Source: Pseudonocardia sp. (lineage in GTDB: Bacteria > Actinomycetota > Actinomycetes > Mycobacteriales > Pseudonocardiaceae). From it: a stretch of DNA of 61,693 nucleotides. Below, one piece after another: positions 57,690-61,693 of the stretch. The translations under genes and the position numbers were made by a program. The stretch is from positions 1-61,693 of the forward strand of contig DATAYB010000364.1 in NCBI GenBank assembly GCA_036272795.1, read 5' to 3'. Position 1 is the stretch's first letter. The number at the start of each line of letters is the position of its first letter. Under the pieces are notes generated by a model that worked only from the letters and a program-made list of their open reading frames with translations, had not been told where the DNA came from and made no database searches.

Positions 57690-58925
57690 ATGGCGCACGT
57701 ACTGATGGTCGCGTACCCGGCCTCCGGACACATCAACCCCACCCTCCCGGTGATGTCCGAGCTCGTGCGGCGCGGCCACAGGCTGAGCGTCGTGCTCCCG
57801 GAGCAGTACCGCGACCAGGTCGAGGCGACCGGGGCCCGCGTGCTGCCCTACCCGTCCATGGTGCCGGCCGGCTGGGCCGGGGTGCGGATCCCGAGCCATC
57901 CCGACCCCGGCCAGTTGGCCCGCGCGCGGCTCTACACGATCCGCGAGACGCTGACCGCGCTGCCCTCGGTGGTGGTCGATCTGGGCTCGACGCGGCCCGA
58001 CGTCGTCGTCTACGACGTGTTCGGCGGCGCCGCCGGGCGGATGCTGTCGCTGGCCTGGCACCTGCCCTCGGTGGTGACCTGTCCGACCTTCGTCGCCAAC
58101 GAGACGTTCTCGCCGTACGCGGCCGCGGTCGCCGATGGCGAGATGGAAATGCCCGACCCGCACCACCCCGCGATGCTCGAGGCGGCCACGGTCGTCAGGA
58201 GCTCGCTCGACACCTGGGGTCTGACCGAGGTGAGCGCCGCGGACTTCGTCTCCGGCGCGCATGATCGGTGCCGCCTGGTGTTCCTGCCGAGGGCCTTCCA
58301 GCCCCGGGGGGAGAGCTTCGACGATCGGTTCCACTTCGTGGGGCCCTGCCTGCGGTCCGGTGCCGACGAGACCGGCTGGTCCCCGCCGAAGTCGGGTCGG
58401 CCGGTCATCCTGATCTCCCTCGGCACCCTCGGCTACGACGACTCCGCGGCCGTGCTGCGCCGCGCGGTGGCAGCGGTCCGCCGGATCGGTGCACACGCGG
58501 TCGTGTCGCTCGGTGACGTCGACCCCGCGCTCCTCGGAGAGGTCGACGAGCACGTCGAGCTGCACCGCAGGGTCCCCCAGCTGGCCGTGCTCCCGCACGC
58601 CTCGGCGTTCATCTCGCACGCCGGGATGAACTCGACGATGGAGGCACTCTCCTACGGCGTCCCGCTGGTCGACCTGCCCCAGACCGGCGAACAGCGGCTG
58701 GTCGCCGCGCGGGTCGCCGAGCTCGGCCTTGGTCGGACCCTGGACCCCGACGAGTTCGACGAGCACCAGCTCGCCGATGCCCTGCGGGAGGTGTGCTCCG
58801 CGCCGGAGGTCGCGCGTGCCGTGGCGCGAATGCGCGCGGTCATCGCGAGTAGCGGCGGGGCGGTGGCGGCGGCCGATGTGGTGGAAAGCCGGATGTCGCT
58901 CTCGGCGAATCCGGGGTTCCCCTAG
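57690..58925 (+). CDS. Macrolide-family (MGT; OleD/OleI-like) UDP-glycosyltransferase
   Basis: MAHVLMVAYPASGHINPTL (catalytic His), VVYD, FQPRGESFDDRFHFVGP, ILISLGT, and PQLAVL..FISHAGMNSTMEALSYGVPLV..PQTGEQ UDP-sugar signature. Confidence 0.92.
   Translation: MAHVLMVAYPASGHINPTLPVMSELVRRGHRLSVVLPEQYRDQVEATGARVLPYPSMVPAGWAGVRIPSHPDPGQLARARLYTIRETLTALPSVVVDLGSTRPDVVVYDVFGGAAGRMLSLAWHLPSVVTCPTFVANETFSPYAAAVADGEMEMPDPHHPAMLEAATVVRSSLDTWGLTEVSAADFVSGAHDRCRLVFLPRAFQPRGESFDDRFHFVGPCLRSGADETGWSPPKSGRPVILISLGTLGYDDSAAVLRRAVAAVRRIGAHAVVSLGDVDPALLGEVDEHVELHRRVPQLAVLPHASAFISHAGMNSTMEALSYGVPLVDLPQTGEQRLVAARVAELGLGRTLDPDEFDEHQLADALREVCSAPEVARAVARMRAVIASSGGAVAAADVVESRMSLSANPGFP
58910..58925. promoter_or_regulatory. 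Second operator-like imperfect palindrome (reverse strand CTAGGGGAACCCCGGA) upstream of the P450 and PKS-5
   Basis: Same CTAGG-N6-CCGG-W pattern as 8290-8305; 12/16 match to CTVGGGAWWTCCCBAG; ends 85 bp before the P450 ATG and overlaps the MGT stop codon. Confidence 0.4.
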
Positions 58926-59010
58926 GAAACGTCGCGCGCCCTTCTGGGCGGGGCACCACTCGTGGTGGCCTATGGGGGTCGCACCTCGGTCCTCACCCAG
59001 GGAGAGCACG

Positions 59011-60282
59011 ATGACCTCGTCGACTCAGGCCAGCCCGCTCGGGGTGGGCGCGAAGTCCGGCGCCGACCCCGAGGCGTTGCTCGCGCTCGGTACGGCGCCC
59101 AAGGCAGAGGCCGACGGCGGCGCGCTCCTGCTGGAGTGGACCGAGGCCCGGCGCGCTGCCGGCCCGGTCTGGCGGGACGAGAAGGGCCACTACCACGTCT
59201 TCCGGCACGCCGATGTGACCCAGGTGGTCGCGGACCCGGTCACCTTCTCCTCGGACACCATCACCCGGCCCAGCGGCGGCCTCGCGTCCCCGCCCCCGGG
59301 CACGCTGCTCCTGATGGACCCGCCCCGCCACCGCCGGATGCGCCGCCTCGTCACCCAGGCGTTCAGCGCCCGCCGGGTGGACGCGCTCGGTACCCGGATC
59401 ACCGAAATTGCCGAGCAGCTGCTCGACCGGCTCGCCGGGCCCACCCAGCAGCCGGGCGAGGTACACGAGTTCGACCTGGTCCACGCGTTCGCCGACCCGC
59501 TGCCGGTCACCGTGATCGCCGAGCTGCTGGGCGTCCCGCTGGCCGACCTGCCCCGGTTCCAGAACTGGGCGGACCGTTTCCTGGTCGCCCGGCCGGACGA
59601 GCCGGAGGGGGCTGCCGACCTGCGGGCCGGTGTCGTCGAGATGCAGGCGTACCTGCAGGGCCGGGTGACGCTCAGCCGCGCGGAGCCCGGCGCCGACCTG
59701 ATCGGCAGCCTGGTCAAGGCCGAGGTCGACGACAAGTCGCTCGACGACATCGAGATCATCAGCTTCGCGGCGTTGCTGCTGCTGGCCGGCCACGTCACCA
59801 CCGCGGTGCTGCTGGGCAACGTCCTGCTCTGCCTCGACGCCGCCCCCGAGGAGATGGCCGCCCTGCGCGCCGACCCGGCCCGCATCCCCCTGGTGATCGA
59901 GGAGACCCTGCGGTTGCGCCCGCCGTTCCTCGCCGTCGACCGGCTCACGACCCGCGACGTGGAGCTCGCCGGCACGCCGATCCCGGAGAACTCATTCGTC
60001 CACCTCTGGTTGCTCTCGGCGAACCGTGACGAACGGGTCTTCGAGGCGCCGCACGCGTTCCGGCCAGGGCGGCCGGAGTCGTCCCAGGTGGCCTTCGGGC
60101 ACGGCATCCACTTCTGCCTCGGGGCCCCGCTGGCCCGGATGGAGGGCCGGATCGCCCTGAGGCTGCTGCTGGAGCGCTTCGCCGACATCCAGGTGCGCCA
60201 CGACGTGGAGCTCTCCTGGCACATGAACAACGTCCTGGGTGCCCGCCACCTCCCGGTGCGGGTTGTCCCGAGAGGCCGCTGA
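59011..60282 (+). CDS. Cytochrome P450, EryK/CYP113-like macrolide oxygenase
   Basis: GGAGAG RBS; [13 protein letters not shown]-terminus; MDPPRH; I-helix LLLAGHVTT; EETLR; heme motif [15 protein letters not shown]. Confidence 0.95.
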   Translation: MTSSTQASPLGVGAKSGADPEALLALGTAPKAEADGGALLLEWTEARRAAGPVWRDEKGHYHVFRHADVTQVVADPVTFSSDTITRPSGGLASPPPGTLLLMDPPRHRRMRRLVTQAFSARRVDALGTRITEIAEQLLDRLAGPTQQPGEVHEFDLVHAFADPLPVTVIAELLGVPLADLPRFQNWADRFLVARPDEPEGAADLRAGVVEMQAYLQGRVTLSRAEPGADLIGSLVKAEVDDKSLDDIEIISFAALLLLAGHVTTAVLLGNVLLCLDAAPEEMAALRADPARIPLVIEETLRLRPPFLAVDRLTTRDVELAGTPIPENSFVHLWLLSANRDERVFEAPHAFRPGRPESSQVAFGHGIHFCLGAPLARMEGRIALRLLLERFADIQVRHDVELSWHMNNVLGARHLPVRVVPRGR

Positions 60283-61693
60283 TGAACGCCGTACCGCCGA
60301 AGCCAGGCCCCGCCCAGCAACCCGACGCCGGGCAGGACGCCGAGGCCGCCCTGCGGTCCTACCTCAAGCGGGTCACCAACGAGCTGCGCCGCAACCGTGC
60401 ACGCCTCGCCGAGCTCGAACAGCACGCGGCCGCCGACCAGGAACCGATCGCCGTGGTGGGCATGGCCTGCCGGTACCCGGGAGGAGTTCGGTCCCCGGAG
60501 GACCTGTGGGACCTCGTGGACGCCGGCCGGGACGCCGTGGCCGAGTTCCCGACCAACCGTGACTGGGACCTCGACACGCTCTACGACCCCGACCCGGACC
60601 ACCCCGGCACCACCTACGCCAACGAAGGCGGCTTCCTGTACGACGCCGCGGACTTCGATGCGGAGTTCTTCGGGATGTCACCGCGTGAGGCGCTGGCGAC
60701 CGACCCCCAGCAACGCCTGCTGCTCGAGGTCGCCTGGGAGGCCGCCGAGCGGGCCGGGATCGCTCCCCGGTCGCTGCGCGGCAGTGCCACCGGTGTGTTC
60801 ACCGGGGTGATGTACAACGACTACGCCAACCGCCCGCTGGTGCACATCCCCGGGCTGGAGGGCCACCTCGGCAACGGCAGCGCCCCCAGCATCGCCTCCG
60901 GCCGGGTCGCCTACACCCTCGGCCTGGAGGGACCGGCCGTCTCGATCGACACCGCCTGCTCGTCGTCACTGGTCGCGCTGCACCTGGCGGCCCGTGCGCT
61001 GCGTGCCGGCGACTGCACCCTCGCCTTCGCGGGCGGGGTCACGGTGATGTCCACTCCGGTCACCTTCGTGCATTTCGCCCGCCACCGGGGTCTCTCGCCG
61101 GACGGGCGCTGCAAGGCCTTCTCGGACGCGGCCAACGGCACCGGCTGGGGCGAGGGCGTCGGCCTGCTGCTGCTGGAGAAACTCTCCGCTGCCCAGGCCG
61201 CCGGGCACCGGGTGCTCGGTCTGCTGCGCGGCTCGGCGATCAACTCCGACGGCGCCTCCAGCGGGCTGACCGCGCCGAACGGCCCCGCGCAGCAGCGGGT
61301 CATCCGGGACGCGCTGGCCGCGGCCGGACTGCGCGCCGAGGACGTGGACGCGGTGGAGGCGCACGGCACCGGCACCACACTGGGCGACCCCATCGAGGCG
61401 CAGGCGCTGCTGGCGACCTACGGCGCGGCGTCGCGCACATCGCCGCTGCGCCTGGGCTCGATCAAGTCCAACCTCGGCCACACCCAGGCCGCCGCCGGGG
61501 TGGCCGGCGTGATCAAGATGCTCAAGGCGATGGAGCACGGGCGGCTGCCGAGGACCCTGCACGTCACGTCGCCGTCGCGGCACGTCGACTGGACCGAGGG
61601 CGACGTTGCGCTGCTCACCGAGGCGGTCGAGTGGCCGCGCGGGGACACCCCGAGGCGGGCCGGGATCTCGGCGTTCGGGGTCAGCGGGACCAA
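60282..61693 (+). CDS. PKS-5, 3'-truncated: N-terminal docking domain plus KS (missing from the ORF track because no stop falls in the window)
   Basis: TGATG overlap with the P450 stop. Manual translation [48 protein letters not shown]; VMYNDY; DTACSSS; HGTGT; GHTQ; ends in SAFGVSGT. Confidence 0.95.
   Translation, partial: MNAVPPKPGPAQQPDAGQDAEAALRSYLKRVTNELRRNRARLAELEQHAAADQEPIAVVGMACRYPGGVRSPEDLWDLVDAGRDAVAEFPTNRDWDLDTLYDPDPDHPGTTYANEGGFLYDAADFDAEFFGMSPREALATDPQQRLLLEVAWEAAERAGIAPRSLRGSATGVFTGVMYNDYANRPLVHIPGLEGHLGNGSAPSIASGRVAYTLGLEGPAVSIDTACSSSLVALHLAARALRAGDCTLAFAGGVTVMSTPVTFVHFARHRGLSPDGRCKAFSDAANGTGWGEGVGLLLLEKLSAAQAAGHRVLGLLRGSAINSDGASSGLTAPNGPAQQRVIRDALAAAGLRAEDVDAVEAHGTGTTLGDPIEAQALLATYGAASRTSPLRLGSIKSNLGHTQAAAGVAGVIKMLKAMEHGRLPRTLHVTSPSRHVDWTEGDVALLTEAVEWPRGDTPRRAGISAFGVSGT

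Noticed and set aside
58953-58969. CACCAC-TC-GTGGTG inverted repeat as a terminator
   Set aside because: Stem is short, the loop is only 2 nt and there is no U-tract

Overview
High-GC actinomycete DNA. Every real gene is on the + strand and belongs to a cis-AT type I modular polyketide synthase (PKS) cluster. Order: the 3' end of PKS-1 (AT-KR-ACP / KS-AT-DH-KR-ACP); a promoter-like gap; a five-module PKS-2 (8403-32951) interrupted by one in-frame TAG at 23058-23060 in a KS-AT linker; PKS-3 (two modules, the second KS-dead AT-live AT-KR-ACP); terminal PKS-4 (two modules plus TE); an EryCIII/DesVII-type glycosyltransferase; TetR; a 4-TM membrane protein; an OleD/MGT-type glycosyltransferase; an EryK/CYP113-like P450; and the start of PKS-5, which runs off the window. 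Reading modules back from the TE predicts a polyol chain: C2=C3 enoate, OH at C5/7/9/13/17/19, C12-methyl and a C15 ketone able to form a hemiketal. This resembles glycosylated hemiketal polyol macrolides rather than polyenes (inference). Main oddities: the internal amber codon, the tandem dead/live AT, an ER lacking its NADPH domain, non-canonical AT motifs (IASH, FASH, DAFH), KS fingerprints implying a non-colinear subunit order, and a recurring CTAGG-N6-CCGG operator-like motif. Domain boundaries are approximate and read by eye; no searches were run.
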